NCBI GenBank assembly: GCA_002269645.1
Contig: NIVC01000130.1
Span: forward strand, 806,001-870,000
Length of the DNA: 64,000 nt
Direction of reading: 5' to 3'
Origin: Macrostomum lignano
Taxonomy: Eukaryota
Each line of letters opens with the position of its first letter. Position 1 is the stretch's first letter. The notes beneath the pieces are model-generated. The model saw nothing but the letters and a program-made list of their open reading frames with translations. It was not told the DNA's origin and made no database searches. Positions 38,601 to 52,636 of the stretch are shown here, piece by piece. A program made the position numbers and the translations under genes.

Positions 38601-41600
38601 ACAAAATAGGTCTTACCTTTAATTTCCCCTCTCTCTTCCCCCTTTCTCATTTATTATTACCATATTTCGCAACCCTCTACTTTAACCCACATGCGGCACT
38701 CTCACCCGAACTCTTCCGCCAGGTGGTGTCCGGCATTGTCGGCTTCGCTGCTGGCGATTCAGTGGGACCGGCAGTGTACAATGTGTTCAAGGAGCTCTGC
38801 TGCCAGCTGGCTAGAAGTCTTACCTGCCCCTCGCCTGATCAACCGGTATTTGTTTGCTTATCCGATGATTGATTTATTGATCTAATGATTGATTTATTGA
38901 TCCGATGATTGATTTATTGATCTAATGATTGATTTATTGATCTAATGATTGATTTATTGATCTAATGATTGATTTATTGATCTAATGATTGATTTATTGA
39001 TCTAATGATTGATTTATTGATCTAATGATTGATTTATTGATCGGGGGATTGATTTGTTAATCCAATGATTTATTTATTGATCCAATGATTGATTTATTGA
39101 TCTAATGATTGATTTATTGATCTAATGATTGATTTATTGATCTAATGATTGATTTATTGATCTAATGATTGATTTATTGATCTAATGATTGATTTATTGA
39201 TCGGGGGATTGATTTGTTAATCCAATGATTTATTTATTGATCCAATGATTGATTTATTGATCTAATGATTGATTTATTGATCTAATGATTGATCTAATGA
39301 TTGATTTATTGATCTAATGATTGATCTAATGATTGATTTATTGATCTAATGATTGATTTCTTGATCTAATGATTGATTTATTGATCTAATGATTGATTTT
39401 TTGATCGGGGGATTGATTTGTTAATCCAATGATTTATTTATTGATCCAATGATTGATTAATGGATCTAATGATTGATTTATTGATCTAATGATTGATCTA
39501 ATGATTGATTTATTGATCTAATGATTGATCTAATGATTGATTTATTGATCTAATGATTGATTTATTGATCTAATGATTGATTTATTGATCTAATGATTGA
39601 TTTATTGATCTAATGATTGATTTATTGATCTAATGATTGATTTATTGATCTAATGATTGATTTATTGATCTAATGATTGATTTATTGATCTAATGATTGA
39701 TTTGTTTATTATTTATTGATTAATTAGCCGCACGAATCCGCAGGCCGAACGGCAGTACAGGCAGGAGCTGGTCCAGACCATGGGCCGCTACGCGGAGGCG
39801 GCCCCGGACACGCACAAGCTTGAGATCATGAAGTACCTGTTAACTTACCAGCCTTCATCCGAGCTGTCACCGGCAACTGATCGGTCTAACGAGAAATTAA
39901 TTGACGAGCTAAGCATGTCGTTGCTAAGCGCCGTTGCTATGGTAGCGGACGCCTATCGATCTCGTTCATTGAATGTCGCTTTGCCATTGGACTTGCTCGG
40001 CGCCCTGCTGCTGCCCAAATACCGGCTTCAGTCGCAGCTGCAGCATGGGCGACAGCGAATTGCCGTCCTGGCCGCTCTGCTAGACCGTCGCCAGTGCCGC
40101 CAGCGACTTTGTCCCAGTCCGCTGCCTCTGTTCACCGCCTGGCCGACGCCAGAGGATATCGCTGATGATGACGGCGACAAAGGTCGGGGAACTGTTGGAG
40201 GATGGGATGCGGTGAGCTGACAACGATATTTTCACTTCGATGGCGTGGTGGATTGCAAATTTTCGATGCGTCACATGTAGCTTAGATTGCATGGTTGGAA
40301 TGGGATTTGCCTTGGCTGTTTTTAGTGTAGTATAATTTGCATAGCAACTAGAAAGACATCCCTGGCAACTGAAAGTACTTTAATCACAAAGCAACAATGG
40401 GGATTCCTATAGTTACTAAAAGTACTTTAGTTGCATAGCAATAATGAGGATTCCCTATAAGCTACTAAAAGTACTTTAGTCGCATAGCAACGATAGGGAT
40501 TCCCATAGTTACTAAAAATACTTTAGCACTTGTAGCATAGCAACAGTGCGGATTCTCTTAGCTACTAGAAAAGCACTCAAATCGTATAGCAACAATGGGA
40601 ATTCCTATCCTATAGTTACTAAAAGTACATTTGTCGTATAGCAACAATGGGAATTCCTATCCTATAGTTACTATAAGTACTTTTGTCGTATAGCAACAAT
40701 AGGGATTCCCTTAGGTAGTATAAGTACTTTAGTAACACAGCAACAATAGGGATTCCTATACTAAAGTACTAAAAGTACTTTAGTCGCATAGCAACAATAG
40801 AGATTCTCTAGATCTGCAAGTACTGCCTTTGCATAGCAATGTCTACTTCAAAATAGGATTTAAAACACCAAAATTCCAGGACCCATCTGCATCAGCGTTT
40901 CCTCTGACGCGAACAGGCCGTCAGCTCTTGGGATTTCTAGCTTACGAATTAGCTGCAGTGTCCGACCCGGACAGTGCTCAACAATTAGGCATCTGCTCGT
41001 GCCTGTTGGCTGTACAGTGCGCTTCGGCTAGTCAGGGACTTGTTGAACTGCACCGACTCTGGGTGGCCGCTCAGGACAGCCTTGTAGCCAGGCAGACTGA
41101 AGACTCAGAGAGAGCTCTGCAGCCGAGCTTTGCCGCCGGACATGCTGCGCTTGCCACCTACGCCAGCCTGCTGTGCTGGGCCACGCCTGGCAGCGAGTTT
41201 CGTCAGCACGTGGAACAGGTCTGTGTCTGGTGTCTCTGGTGCCTCTGGTGTCTGGTGTCTCTGGCGTCTCTGATGTCTCTGGTGTCTCTGGTGTCTCTGG
41301 CGCCTCTGGTGTCTGTGGTGTCTCTGGTGTCTCTGGTGTCTCTGGCGCCTCTGGTGTCTCTGAAATTGACACCCCACTCATGAAATTGACACCCCACTCA
41401 TGAAATGGCGCCCTTTAGATGAAATGGCGCCCTTTAGATGAAATGGCGCCCTTTAGATGAAATGGCGCCCTTCAGATAAAATGGCGCCCTTTAGATGAAG
41501 TGACGCCACACCAAATAAAATGGAGCCCACCTAAAATGCCTGTCTCGAAGACGCGACTCTGAAGTTACAAAAATCCTGGCTATGATTGCGTGTTGATGTG

Positions 41601-44600
41601 CCTATTTATCGACATAACTGATTTCGCCAATTTTTAAATCTTTATCCGAAAGCTTCATTATCCATTTTTCCAGGTAATTAAACTGCGCGAGAAGTCTGCA
41701 CCGCATCTGCTACCAAATGTAGCGTTCGGTCAGTCACGGGATAAACTGAGTAACGCTGAGAAAGTGTAAGTTTAAACTGTCATCACATGTGTACACTGTG
41801 CCGACACCCACCCCAATTTACACTCTGCCGACACACGCCCCAATGTACACTCTGCCGACACCCACCCAATGTACACTGTGCCGACACCCACCCCAATGTA
41901 CACTGTGCCGACACCCACCCCACCCCAATGTACACTCTGCCGACACCCACCCCAATTTACACTCTGCCGACACACGCCCCAATGTACACTCTGCCGACAC
42001 CCACCCAATGTACACTGTGCCGACACCCACCCCAATGTACACTGTGCCGACACCCACCCCACCCCAATGTACACTCTGCCGACACCCACCCCAATTTACA
42101 CTCTGCCGACACACACCCCAATGTACACTCTGCCGACACCCACCCAATGTACACTCTGCCGACACCCACCCAATGTACACTCTGCCGACACCCAATGTGC
42201 ACTCTGCCGACACCCACCCAATGTACACTCTGCCGACACCCACAACCCCAATGTACACTCTGCTGACACCCACCCAATGTACACTCTGCCGGCACCCACA
42301 ACCCCAATGTACACTCTGCCGGCAACCACAAGCCCTATGTACACTCTGCCGACACCCACCCCACCCCAATGTACACTCTGCCGACACCCACCCCAATGTA
42401 CACTCTGCCGACACCCACAACCCCAATGTACACTCTGCCGACACCCACCCAATGTACACTCTGCCGACACCCAATGTGCACTCTGCCGACACCCACCCAA
42501 TGTACACTCTGCCGACAACCACAACCCCAATGTACACTCTGCCGACACCCACCCAATGTACACTCTGCCGGCACCCACAACCCCAATGTACACTCTGCCG
42601 GCAACCACAAGCCCTATGTACACTCTGCCGACACCCACCCCACCCCAATGTACACTCTGCCGACACCCACCCCAATGTACACTCTGCCGGCACCCACAAC
42701 CCCAATGTACACTCTGCCGGCAACCACAAGCCCTATGTACACTCTGCCGACACCCACCCAATGTAAACTCTACCGGCACCCACAACCCCAATGTACACTC
42801 TGCCGACACCCACCCAATGTACACTCTGCCGACACCCACCCAATGTACACTCTGCCGGCACCCACAACCCCAATGTACACTCTGCTGACACCCACCTCAT
42901 GCACACCCACAGTACATCGGCAGTACCCGATGAGCTGCTGTTCTCAGTGGATATCGCCGAATCAGCTCTTCAAACCTGCGGACTGGACACGTCGCCATTG
43001 CGACGTACTTTCGACTCGTCGCTTGTACAGCCGGAGGAGCAGCGCCAGCGTGTGGCAACCTTTGGCTTGGCGCCTGCGGATTCGAATGCCTCGGTGCTGT
43101 CAAACTCGTCGAATAGTAATTCAAAGTTACACGGTGTGTGCACCGCATCTGCCCGTAGTGTTTGCTTATCGAGACCGTCTGTCTTAAACAATATAATTTA
43201 AATGTTAATGTGAGAAGACTTTTGAGAAACTGGGAGAGTCTGTGAAGCGGACAGGGCGAAAGAGGGAGAAATGGAGAGAGAGAGGGAGAGAGACAGGGAG
43301 AGAGACAGGGAGAGAGACAGAGAGAGACAGGGAGAGAGACAGGGAGAGAGACAGGGAGAGAGACAGGGAGAGAGAGACGAGAAGAGAGAAAGGGTGAAAC
43401 ACAGGGAGAGAGACAGGGAGAGAGACAGGGAGAGAGACAGGGAGAGAGACAGGGAGAGAGACAGGGAGAGAGACTGGGAGAGAGACAGGGAGAGAGACAG
43501 GGAGAGAGACAGGGAGAGAGACAGGGAGAGAGACAGGGAGAGAGACAGGGAGAGAGACAGAGAAGAGAGAAAGGTTGAAACACAGGGAGAGAGACAGGGA
43601 GAGAGACAGGGAGAGAGAAAGGGTGAAACACAGGGAGAGAGACAGGGAGAGAGACGAGAAGAGAGAAAGGGTGAAACACAGGGAGAGAGACAGAGAGAGA
43701 GAGACGAGAAGAGAGAAAGGGTGAAACACAGGGAGAGAGACAGGGAGAGAGACAGAGAAGAGAGAAAGGGTGAAACACAGGGAGAGAGACAGAGAGAGAC
43801 GAGAAGAGAGAAAGGGTGAAACACAGGGAGAGAGACAGGGAGAGAGACGAGAAGAGAGAAAGGGTGAAACACAGGGAGAGAGACAGGGAGAGAGACGAGA
43901 AGAGAGAAAGGGTGAAACACAGGGAGAGAGACAGAGAGAGAGACGAGAAGAGAGAAAGGGTGAAACACAGGGAGAGAGACAGGGAGAGAGACGAGAAGAG
44001 AGAAAGGGTGAAACACAGGGAGAGAGACAGAGAGAGAGACGAGAAGAGAGAAAGGGTGAAACACAGGGAGAGAGACAGAGAGAGAGACGAGAAGAGAGAA
44101 AGGGTGAAACACAGGGAGAGAGACAGAGAGAGAGACAGAGAAGAGAGAAAGGGTGAAACACAGGGAGAGAGACAGGGAGAGAGACGAGAAGAGAGAAAGG
44201 GTGAAACACAGGGAGAGAGACAGAGAGAGAGACGAGAAGAGAGAAAGGGTGAAACACAGGGAGAGAGACAGAGAGAGAGACGAGAAGAGAGAAAGGGTGA
44301 AACACAGGGAGAGAGACAGAGAGAGAGACGAGAAGAGAGAAAGGGTGAAACACAGGGAGAGAGACAGAGAGAGAGACGAGAAGAGAGAAAGGGTGAAACA
44401 CAGGCAGAGAGACAGAGAGAGAGACGAGAAGAGAGAAAGGGTGAAACACAGGGAGAGAGACAGGGAGAGAGACGAGAAGAGAGAAAGGGTGAAACACAGG
44501 GAGAGAGACAGAGAGAGAGACGAGAAGAGAGAAAGGGTGAAACACAGGGTGAGACGGAGAGGCAGAACAGTGCAATTAGTACATTTGGATCATGACGCAG

Positions 44601-45006
44601 CTCGTAAAACCGGCACCAGAAGAGACGGACAAGCAAGAATTTTATACTTGCCTTTGACTTTCTCTACCGCAGCCCCAAATTCAGACGCACGCGATTATCT
44701 GGCGCCTGCTAGCGCCCGAGAAGACGGTGTGCAGCGCCACGACAGCGTCTGGTCGTTGAGCAATTACGGCGTGCAGTCGGAGCGTCGACCTAGTCGACAG
44801 TTTGTCAGCGGTGGAAGCGGCGGTCAGGCGGCTGCTGCTTTGGATTTGTCGTTTAACGCCTTCCGCGGCATCATGTGTGAGCGGCTTTATTTGGGTTTTG
44901 TTGGCGACAGGAATTTTTTTGAGGCTATTCTCAATAACCCAACCAATTAATCAATCAATCAATCAATCTATCTATCTATCAATCAATCAATCAATCAATC
45001 AATCAA

Positions 45007-45039
<33 letters not shown>

Positions 45040-45213
45040 TAATCTATCTATCTATCTATCTATCAATCAATCTATCAATCTATCAATCAATTAACCAATC
45101 AATCTATCAGTCAATCAATCAATCAATCAATCAATCATGAATCAATCAATTAATCTATCTATCTATCTATCAATCAATCAATCAATCAACAATCAATCAA
45201 TCTATCAATCAAC

Positions 45214-45257
<44 letters not shown>

Positions 45258-45600
45258 CAATCAATCAATCAACTCAATCTCCGCAGTCGAATCGCCTCAA
45301 GAGCGCAGTCGTCGCCGGGCCCGCGAAGACCAGCAGCTCCAAGAGCTGTACACCAGCGCCACTTTCGACGAATTGCTAGAGTACAATCGGCGCAATCGCG
45401 CGGCAGACATCGCCGACCCCGACGAAGTCTCCCTCGCCGCCGCAGACGAAGAGAGACTCGGCACTGTGGACATATCCGATGTTGTTCGGTCGATTCGAGC
45501 TTGCGACGCATGTCCAACCGGTGCTCAACAGCAGCAGTTGGAGATGCGGAAAACTGCCACAATCAAGGAGATTGAATTCCCCGCTCTGTTTGCCTACTGA
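33429..45600 (+). CDS. EFR3: EFR3 homolog (PI4KIII-alpha complex membrane anchor; rolling blackout/cmp44E family), ~909 aa, 12 coding exons
   Basis: Exons 33429-33435, 34976-35055, 35176-35306, 35727-36202, 36933-37207, 38723-38845, 39744-40211, 40880-41218, 41674-41765, 42913-43133, 44673-44876, 45287-45600 (2730 nt, phases consistent). Motifs [73 protein letters not shown]-terminal EFPALFAY. The 7-nt first exon and the donors at 43133 and 44876 are the least certain parts. Confidence 0.92.
35398..35700. repeat. (TCTG)n microsatellite in EFR3 intron 3
   Basis: Direct reading. Confidence 0.95.
36270..36720. repeat. Degenerate ~20-bp repeat (TTTATTTAGTGAGTGGGATG) in EFR3 intron 4
   Basis: Recurrent motif read directly. 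Confidence 0.75.
37692..38034. repeat. 19-bp minisatellite (TTCCTTACTATTCTTTGAA) in EFR3 intron 5; a second short array (CTCTATCTCACCTTTGATC) at ~37250-37415
   Basis: Direct reading. Confidence 0.93.
38866..39705. repeat. 20-bp minisatellite (GATCTAATGATTGATTTATT) in EFR3 intron 6
   Basis: Direct reading. Confidence 0.95.
40340..40820. repeat. Degenerate ~45-bp repeat in EFR3 intron 7
   Basis: Recurrent AGCAACAATGGGATTCC..TAGTTACTAAAAGTACTTT. Confidence 0.75.
41222..41520. repeat. Adjacent 9-bp (CTCTGGTGT), 20-bp and 19-bp tandem repeats in EFR3 intron 8
   Basis: Direct reading. Confidence 0.85.
41790..42900. repeat. Variable ~26-bp minisatellite (CCCAATGTACACTCTGCCGACACCCA) in EFR3 intron 9
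   Basis: Direct reading. Confidence 0.93.
43275..44548. repeat. Purine-rich 12/48-bp repeat in EFR3 intron 10
   Basis: The 48-bp unit GAGAAGAGAGAAAGGGTGAAACACAGGGAGAGAGACAGGGAGAGAGAC is built from 12-bp subunits. Confidence 0.93.
44940..45275. repeat. (TCAA)n microsatellite in EFR3 intron 11
   Basis: Direct reading. Confidence 0.93.
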
Positions 45601-45621
45601 TGCACTCTCTGTAGCTGCCTT

Positions 45622-45850
45622 TGCCCAAACTTAACTATCCCCAAACTTAATTATCCCCAAACTTAATTATCCCCAAACTTAACTATCCCCAAACTTAATT
45701 ATCCCCAAACTTAACTATCCCCAAACTTAACTATCCCCAAACTTAATTATCCCCAAACTTAATTATCCCCAAACTTAACTATCCCCAAACTTAATTATCC
45801 CCAAACTTAACTATCCCCAAACTTAACTATCCCCAAACTTAACTATCCCT
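45622..45850. repeat. 16-bp minisatellite (CCCCAAACTTAAYTAT) just after the EFR3 stop
   Basis: Direct reading. Confidence 0.93.
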
Positions 45851-46424
45851 AAATGTAATATTTTGCAAACTTAAATATCCCCAGAATTTGTTATTCCAAC
45901 TCTTCTAACCTTGAAAATTGCGTCAAGTACATTTTCATAAAAAAATAGATTCATAGATTTTTTATTCTTATTTTAATTACTACAACTAAATGTATTACTA
46001 ACAGTAGTAAGAGAAACAATCGATTTATTTTCTTTCCACAATTTTCCGAATCTTTAATGTATCTATAGCCAATTTGCAGAATTTTCTGTGTTAGTTTTTA
46101 TAAATTTGACTTTCATTTAGCATTTCTTCGCACGCGTGACTTAGTGATTTTTTTCTCTTCAAAAAACATTTTACATTCCAGTGCCGGGTGTTGTAGTCCG
46201 ATTGCTTAAAATTCCCAATAATATTATATTTTTCGATTACTTTCTTCCTGCTGGCCCAGTTGTCTTCCTAGTTTAAGTTTTTCTATTGTACTTTTGGTTC
46301 AGGTAACTTCACTTGACCCTAGTTGCTGTGTTTATTTTGACTTTTTTGGCTATTGTGTATTGTGGACTTTTGATTCGTTATTTTTGACATTTTGCCAGTA
46401 GTTTTTTAACCCTGATCATTTCGT

Positions 46425-47070
46425 TGACCCCTGACCCGTTTGGTGCTTGACCCATTTGACTCCTGACCCATATGACTCGTGACCTATTTGACTCCATACC
46501 TATTTAATCCATGACCCATATGACCCTTTGACCCATTTGACTTCTGACCCATTTGACTCCTGACCCATATGACTCGTGACCTATTTGACTCCATACCTAT
46601 TTAATCCATGACCCATATGACCCTCTGACCCATTTGACTTCTGACCCATTTGACTCCTGACCCATATGACTCGTGACCTATTTGACTCCATACCTATTTA
46701 ATCCATGACCCTCTGACCCATTTGACTTCTGACCCATTTGACTCCTGACCCATATGACTCGTGACCTATTTGACTCCATACCTATTTAATCCATGACCCA
46801 TATGACCCTCTGACCCATTTGACTTCTGACCCATTTGACTCCTGACCCATTTCACCCCTGACCCATTTGACTCCTGACCCATTTCACCCCTGACCCATTT
46901 GGCTTGTGACCTATTTGACTCCTGACACATTTGACCCCTGACCCATTTTACTCGTGACCCGTTTGAATCCTGACACATATGACCCGTGACCCATTTGACT
47001 CGTGTCCGATTTGGCTTGTGACCCATTTGGTTCGTGACCCATTTGACTCCTGACCCATTTGACTCGTGAT
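46425..47070. repeat. TGACCCATTTGACTCC-based compound minisatellite
   Basis: Direct reading. Confidence 0.88.
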
Positions 47071-47569
47071 ACATGAAATTTCTGCCTTTTTAATCCTGTT
47101 TAATAAGTTGCGAGTCTTCAACACTTTTGCTATCCTTGAAACATTCTATTGTTCTATTGTTCTAAAGTTCTTAATGTCCTAATTATGCACTTATTTTTCC
47201 CATTTGCTGTGTTCATAGCGAATCAAATTTATTAATAATGACTGTCACAATATGAATTCCGTCGGTCAAGCTGTTTTTTTTATTCCCCAGTTCCTTACTT
47301 ATTGCCTAGATGATCTATTTGCAGTAAATTGAATGGAAATGCACCTTGAAAATATTTTTTACACATGGCTGAAATGATTTTTTTAACCACTTGATTTAAT
47401 TTTGATTTGAATAATTCATACAAAAATATATTTAATTATTGACATTGTGATCTATTTATCAATAAAATATGCGCTTATATTGCAGAGCGTTGAGTTGAAA
47501 CTAAATTTACTTAAACTAACTTAAGTGCTCCGAATTTCTCAAAAAATATTTAGCCAAACACTTTCCAGT

Positions 47570-47898
47570 TCCTCAGTTGCTGGGCCAGCCTCCCAGATCC
47601 TCAGTTGCTGGGCCAGCCTCCCAGATCCTCAGTTGCTGGGCCAGCCTCCCAGATCCTCAGTTGCTGGGCCAGCCTCCCAGATCCTCAGTTGCTGGGCCAG
47701 CCTCCCAGAGTGTCAGTTGCTGGGTCAGCCTCCCAAATCCTCAGTTGCTGGGCCAGCCTCCCAGAGTGTCAGTTGCTGAGTCAGCCTCCCAAATCCTCAG
47801 TTGCTGGGCCCGCCTCCCAGAGTGTCAGTTGCTGAGTCAGCCTCCCAAATCCTCAGTTGCTGGGCCAGCCTCCCAGAGTGTCAGTTACTGGGCCAGCC
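47570..47898. repeat. 28-bp minisatellite (CTCAGTTGCTGGGCCAGCCTCCCAGATC) upstream of LENG1
   Basis: Direct reading. Confidence 0.92.
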
Positions 47899-48011
47899 TT
47901 TCTTCACAATAAAAAAACTTCTGAAAACCTGTATTTTTCCTGCCTCGTTATATAAGTTTCTAAACATATCGGCGTCAAACCAAACCCGTAGCAGCCGCCG
48001 GCCAGTCAGCC

Positions 48012-48800
48012 ATGAACATCCTGCCCAAGAAGCGCTGGCACGTCCGCACCAAGGAGAACATCGCTCGGGTGCGGGCGGACGAAGCCGCTGCGGCCGATGA
48101 GCGGCGTCGTCAGGAGCTGCGGGCGGCCGACGCCGAGTCCGAGCGCCGACTGGCCGAGCTGCGCGCCAGAGCCGGTGCAACCGTCGCCATCGCTGCTTCA
48201 ACATCGTCGAACGCCGACGTCACCGACACCGGCAACGCCGACAGAGCGGCGGAGGAGCGGCAGCGCGAGCGTGACGCCGAACGAGCCATTGGGCTGCGCA
48301 ACGTCTTCGCCGAAGGCGCCGACGCTCGCGCCTGGTGGATGGATGCGCCGTCGACGTCATCGACGGATGATTGTCGCCGACACGCCGAGCTGGAGCTGGT
48401 TAAAAAGTCTCGCCTTGATCCCATGGCTGCGTGCCGTCGGTCAGCTGCTTCGGCATCAACATCTTCGGCTTCTGCCGCCGCGTCTTCGACATTGTCGTCA
48501 AAGCCGTCGACATCAGTGAAGTTGCCGACAAACAAACCGGCTGACGATATCCGAGCGCCGGCGCGGAGTTCGGCCGGTCGCGCCGGCGGCAGTGGCGAAT
48601 CGACGCTCGAACGACTACGGCGAGAACGACTGGAGCGGGAGAGGGCGGAGCGGCTGCGGGCGAACCGGTTGCTAGGCCGGCAGAGGTCCAGGTCGAGATC
48701 GCCTGTGTCGCCGTCGCCGCCGCCGCCGCTTGACGACCGGCAGCGGCCGTACAATTCTATGTTTAATCCTCAGCTGGCTAGGCAGAATAGGAAGCGCTGA
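48012..48800 (+). CDS. LENG1: Leukocyte receptor cluster member 1 homolog (CIR N-terminal domain), 262 aa, intronless
   Basis: [25 protein letters not shown] at the N-terminus and [25 protein letters not shown] at the C-terminus are LENG1 family hallmarks. Confidence 0.92.
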   Translation: MNILPKKRWHVRTKENIARVRADEAAAADERRRQELRAADAESERRLAELRARAGATVAIAASTSSNADVTDTGNADRAAEERQRERDAERAIGLRNVFAEGADARAWWMDAPSTSSTDDCRRHAELELVKKSRLDPMAACRRSAASASTSSASAAASSTLSSKPSTSVKLPTNKPADDIRAPARSSAGRAGGSGESTLERLRRERLERERAERLRANRLLGRQRSRSRSPVSPSPPPPLDDRQRPYNSMFNPQLARQNRKR

Positions 48801-48852
48801 TTGGGACCGTGTGTGCCCGATATTCCCCATTTATGATCCCCTATACCGGTAT

Positions 48853-50660
48853 CTGATCCCCTTATCTCTGATCCCCTTATCTCTGATCCCCTTATCTCTG
48901 ATCCCCTTATCTCTGATCCCCTTATCTCTGATCCCCTTATCTCTGATCCCCTTATCTCTGATCCCCTTATCTCTGATCCCCTTATCTCTGATCCCCTTAT
49001 CTCTGATCCCCTTATCTCTGATCCCCTTATCTCTGATCCCCTTATCTCTGATCCCCTTATCTCTGATCCCCTTATCTCTGATCCCCTTATCTCTGATCCC
49101 CTTATCTCTGATCCCCTTATCTCTGATCCCCTTATCTCTGATCCCCTTATCTCTGATCCCCTTATCTCTGATCCCCTTATCTCTGATCCCCTTATCTCTG
49201 ATCCCCTTATCTCTGATCCCCTTATCTCTGATCCCCTTATCTCTGATCCCCTTATCTCTGATCCCCTTATCTCTGATCCCCTTATCTCTGATCCCCTTAT
49301 CTCTGATCCCCTTATCTCTGATCCCCTTATCTCTGATCCCCTTATCTCTGATCCCCTTATCTCTGATCCCCTTATCTCTGATCCCCTTATCTCTGATCCC
49401 CTTATCTCTGATCCCCTTATCTCTGATCCCCTTATCTCTGATCCCCTTATCTCTGATCCCCTTATCTCTGATCCCCTTATCTCTGATCCCCTTATCTCTG
49501 ATCCCCTTATCTCTGATCCCCTTATCTCTGATCCCCTTATCTCTGATCCCCTTATCTCTGATCCCCTTATCTCTGATCCCCTTATCTCTGATCCCCTTAT
49601 CTCTGATCCCCTTATCTCTGATCCCCTTATCTCTGATCCCCTTATCTCTGATCCCCTTATCTCTGATCCCCTTATCTCTGATCCCCTTATATCTGATCCC
49701 CTAATCTCTTATCCGCTTATCTCTGATCCCCTTATCTCTGATCCCCTTATCTCTGATCCCCTTATCTCTGATCCCCTTATCTCTGATCCCCTTATCTCTG
49801 ATCCCCTTATATCTGATCCCCTTATCTCTCCCTTTATCCCTGATCCCTTTAAATACGACCCCTTTATCTCTGATCCCCTTATCTCTGATCCCCTTATCTC
49901 TTATCCGCTTATCTCTGATCCCCTTATCTCTGATCCCCTTGTCTCTGATCCCCTTATCTCTGATCCCCTTATCTCTGATCCCCTTATCTCTCCCTTTATC
50001 CCTGATCCCCTTATCTCTGATCCCTTTAAATACGACCCCTTTATCTCTGATCCCCTTATCTCTGATCCCCTTATCTCTTATCCGCTTATCTCTGATCCCC
50101 TTATCCCTGATCCCTTTATCACTGATCCCTTTTCCCTGATCCCCTTATCTCTGATCCCCTTATCTCTGATCCCCTTATCTCTTATCCGCTTATCTCTGAT
50201 CCCCTTATCCCTGATCCCTTTATCACTGATCCCTTTTCCCTGATCCCCTTATCTCTGATCCCCTTATCTTTGATCCCTTATCCCGGATCCCCTTATCCTT
50301 GATCCCTTTATCCCTGATTCCTTCATCCCTGATCCCCTTACCCTGATCTCTTTATTTCTGATCCGCTTATCACTGGTCCCCTTATCTCTGATTTCCTTAT
50401 CTCTGATCCCCTTATCTCTGATTTCCTTATCTCTGATCCCCTTATCTCTGATCCCCTTATCTCTGATTTCCTTATCTCTGATCCCCTTATCTCTGATTTC
50501 CTTATCTCTGATCCCCTTATCTCTGATCCCCTTATCTCTGAGTTCCTTATCTCTGATCCCCTTATCTCTGATTTCCTTATCTCTGATCCCCTTCTCTCTG
50601 ATTTCCTTATCTCGGATCCCCTTATCTCTGATTTCCTTATCTCTTATCCGCTTTTCCCTG
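48853..50660. repeat. 15-bp minisatellite (GATCCCCTTATCTCT), ~1.8 kb
   Basis: Direct reading; homogeneous 5' part, degenerate 3' part. Confidence 0.97.
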
Positions 50661-51129
50661 ATCTAGTCCTCTCATCTTTGATCCCCTCATTGCTGAATCA
50701 AAATTACGAACTCCTATTATCATGAGTATGAGCGTACCTTTTTCTAAACAAACGACTGTAGTTAAGCTACCCTCTTATTAAATAATTTTAGCCATAGCGC
50801 GGCATTAATGCGTTCATTTGCGGCTTTACCGGTTCGAAAATTGTAAATAAAATTGTTTCAACACTTCCTGACTTTGAGAGCAACATAATGTCTATTTATG
50901 TTTTTAATAAATTATTTTATTAAAAATCTTGGTACTTGTGCAATGTACTTTGCGGCTTTCTAGTTTGATAAAGTATTTTCTGGGGACCTCTGAACACAGT
51001 CTCCATCTTGTCTTTGACTGTCACTGGAAGCTTATCCAGACTTTCCATCATACTCCATACGAGTACTCACACAAAGTGGCACCCCTTGACAGTCAAAGTG
51101 GTACCCCCCGACACTTACATGACACCCCC

Positions 51130-52580
51130 TGACAGTCAAAGTGACACCCCGTGACATTCAAAGTGACACCCCGTGACAGTCAAATTGACACCCCGTCACA
51201 GCTATATTGACACCCCGTGACATTCAAAGTGACACCCCGTGACAGTCAAAGTGACACCCCGTGACAGTCGAAGTGACATCCCGTGACAGTCAAAGTGACA
51301 CCCCGTGACAGTCAAAGTGACATCCCGTGACAGTCAAAGTGACATCCCGTGACAGTCAAAGTGACACCCCGTGACAGTCAAAGTGACATCCCGTGACAGT
51401 CAAAGTGACATCCCGTGACAGTCAAAGTGACACCCCGTGACAGTCAAAGTGACATCCCGTGACAGTCAAAGTGACACCCCGTGACAGTCAAAGTGACATC
51501 CCGTGACAGTCAAAGTGACATCCCGTGACAGTCAAAGTGACACCCCGTGACAGTCAAAGTGACACCCTGTGACAGTCGAATTGACACCCCGTCACAGCTA
51601 TATTGACACCCCGTGACATTCAAAGTGACACCCCGTGACAGTCAAAGTGACACCCCGTGACAGTCGAAGTGACATCCCGTGACAGTCAAAGTGACACCCC
51701 GTGACAGTCAAAGTGACATCCCGTGACAGTCAAAGTGACATCCCGTGACAGTCAAAGTGACATCCCGTGACAGTCAAAGTGACATCCCGTGACAGTCAAA
51801 GTGACACCCCGTGACAGTCAAAGTGACACCCTGTGACAGTCAAATTGACACCCCGTCACAGCTATATTGACACCCCGTGACATTCAAAGTGACACCCCGT
51901 GACAGTCAAAGTGACACCCCGTGACAGTCGAAGTGAAATCCCGTGACAGTCAAAGTGACACCCCGTGACAGTCAAAGTGACATCCCGTGACAGTCAAAGT
52001 GACACCCAATGACAGTCAAAGTGACACCCTGTGACAGTCAAATTGACACCCTTTCACAGCTATATTGACACCCCGTGACATTCAAAGTGACACCCCGTGA
52101 CAGTCAAAGTGACACCCCGTGACAGTCAAAGTGACATCCCGTGACAGTCAAAGTGACATCCCGTGACAGTCAAAGTGACACCCCGTGACAGTCAAAGTGA
52201 CACCCTGTGACAGTCAAATTGACACCCCGTCACAGCTATATTGACACCCCGTGACATTCAAAGTGACACCCCGTGACAGTCAAAGTGACACCCCGTGACA
52301 GTCGAAGTGAAATCCCGTGACAGTCAAAGTGACACCCCGTGACAGTCAAAGTGACATCCCGTGACAGTCAAAGTGACACCCAATGACAGTCAAAGTGACA
52401 CCCTGTGACAGTCAAATTGACACCCTTTCACAGCTATATTGACACCCCGTGACATTCAAAGTGACACCCCGTGACAGTCAAAGTGACACCCCGTGACAGT
52501 CAAAGTGACACCCCGTGACAGTCAAATTGACACCCTGTCACAGCTATATTGACACCCCGTGACATTCAAATTGACACCCC
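51130..52580. repeat. 22-bp minisatellite (GTGACAGTCAAAGTGACACCCC) with higher-order variants
   Basis: Direct reading; a CACAGCTATATTGAC variant recurs periodically. Confidence 0.95.
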
Positions 52581-52636
52581 GTATTTACCTGACTCGGGGG
52601 TAAATAACATTGGATAAGCCATTCAACCACTGCAGA

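Noticed and set aside
41772-44636. Many overlapping ORFs (CTLCRHP, RERDRE, SLSLSP types)
   Set aside because: Minisatellite translations inside EFR3 introns 9 and 10.
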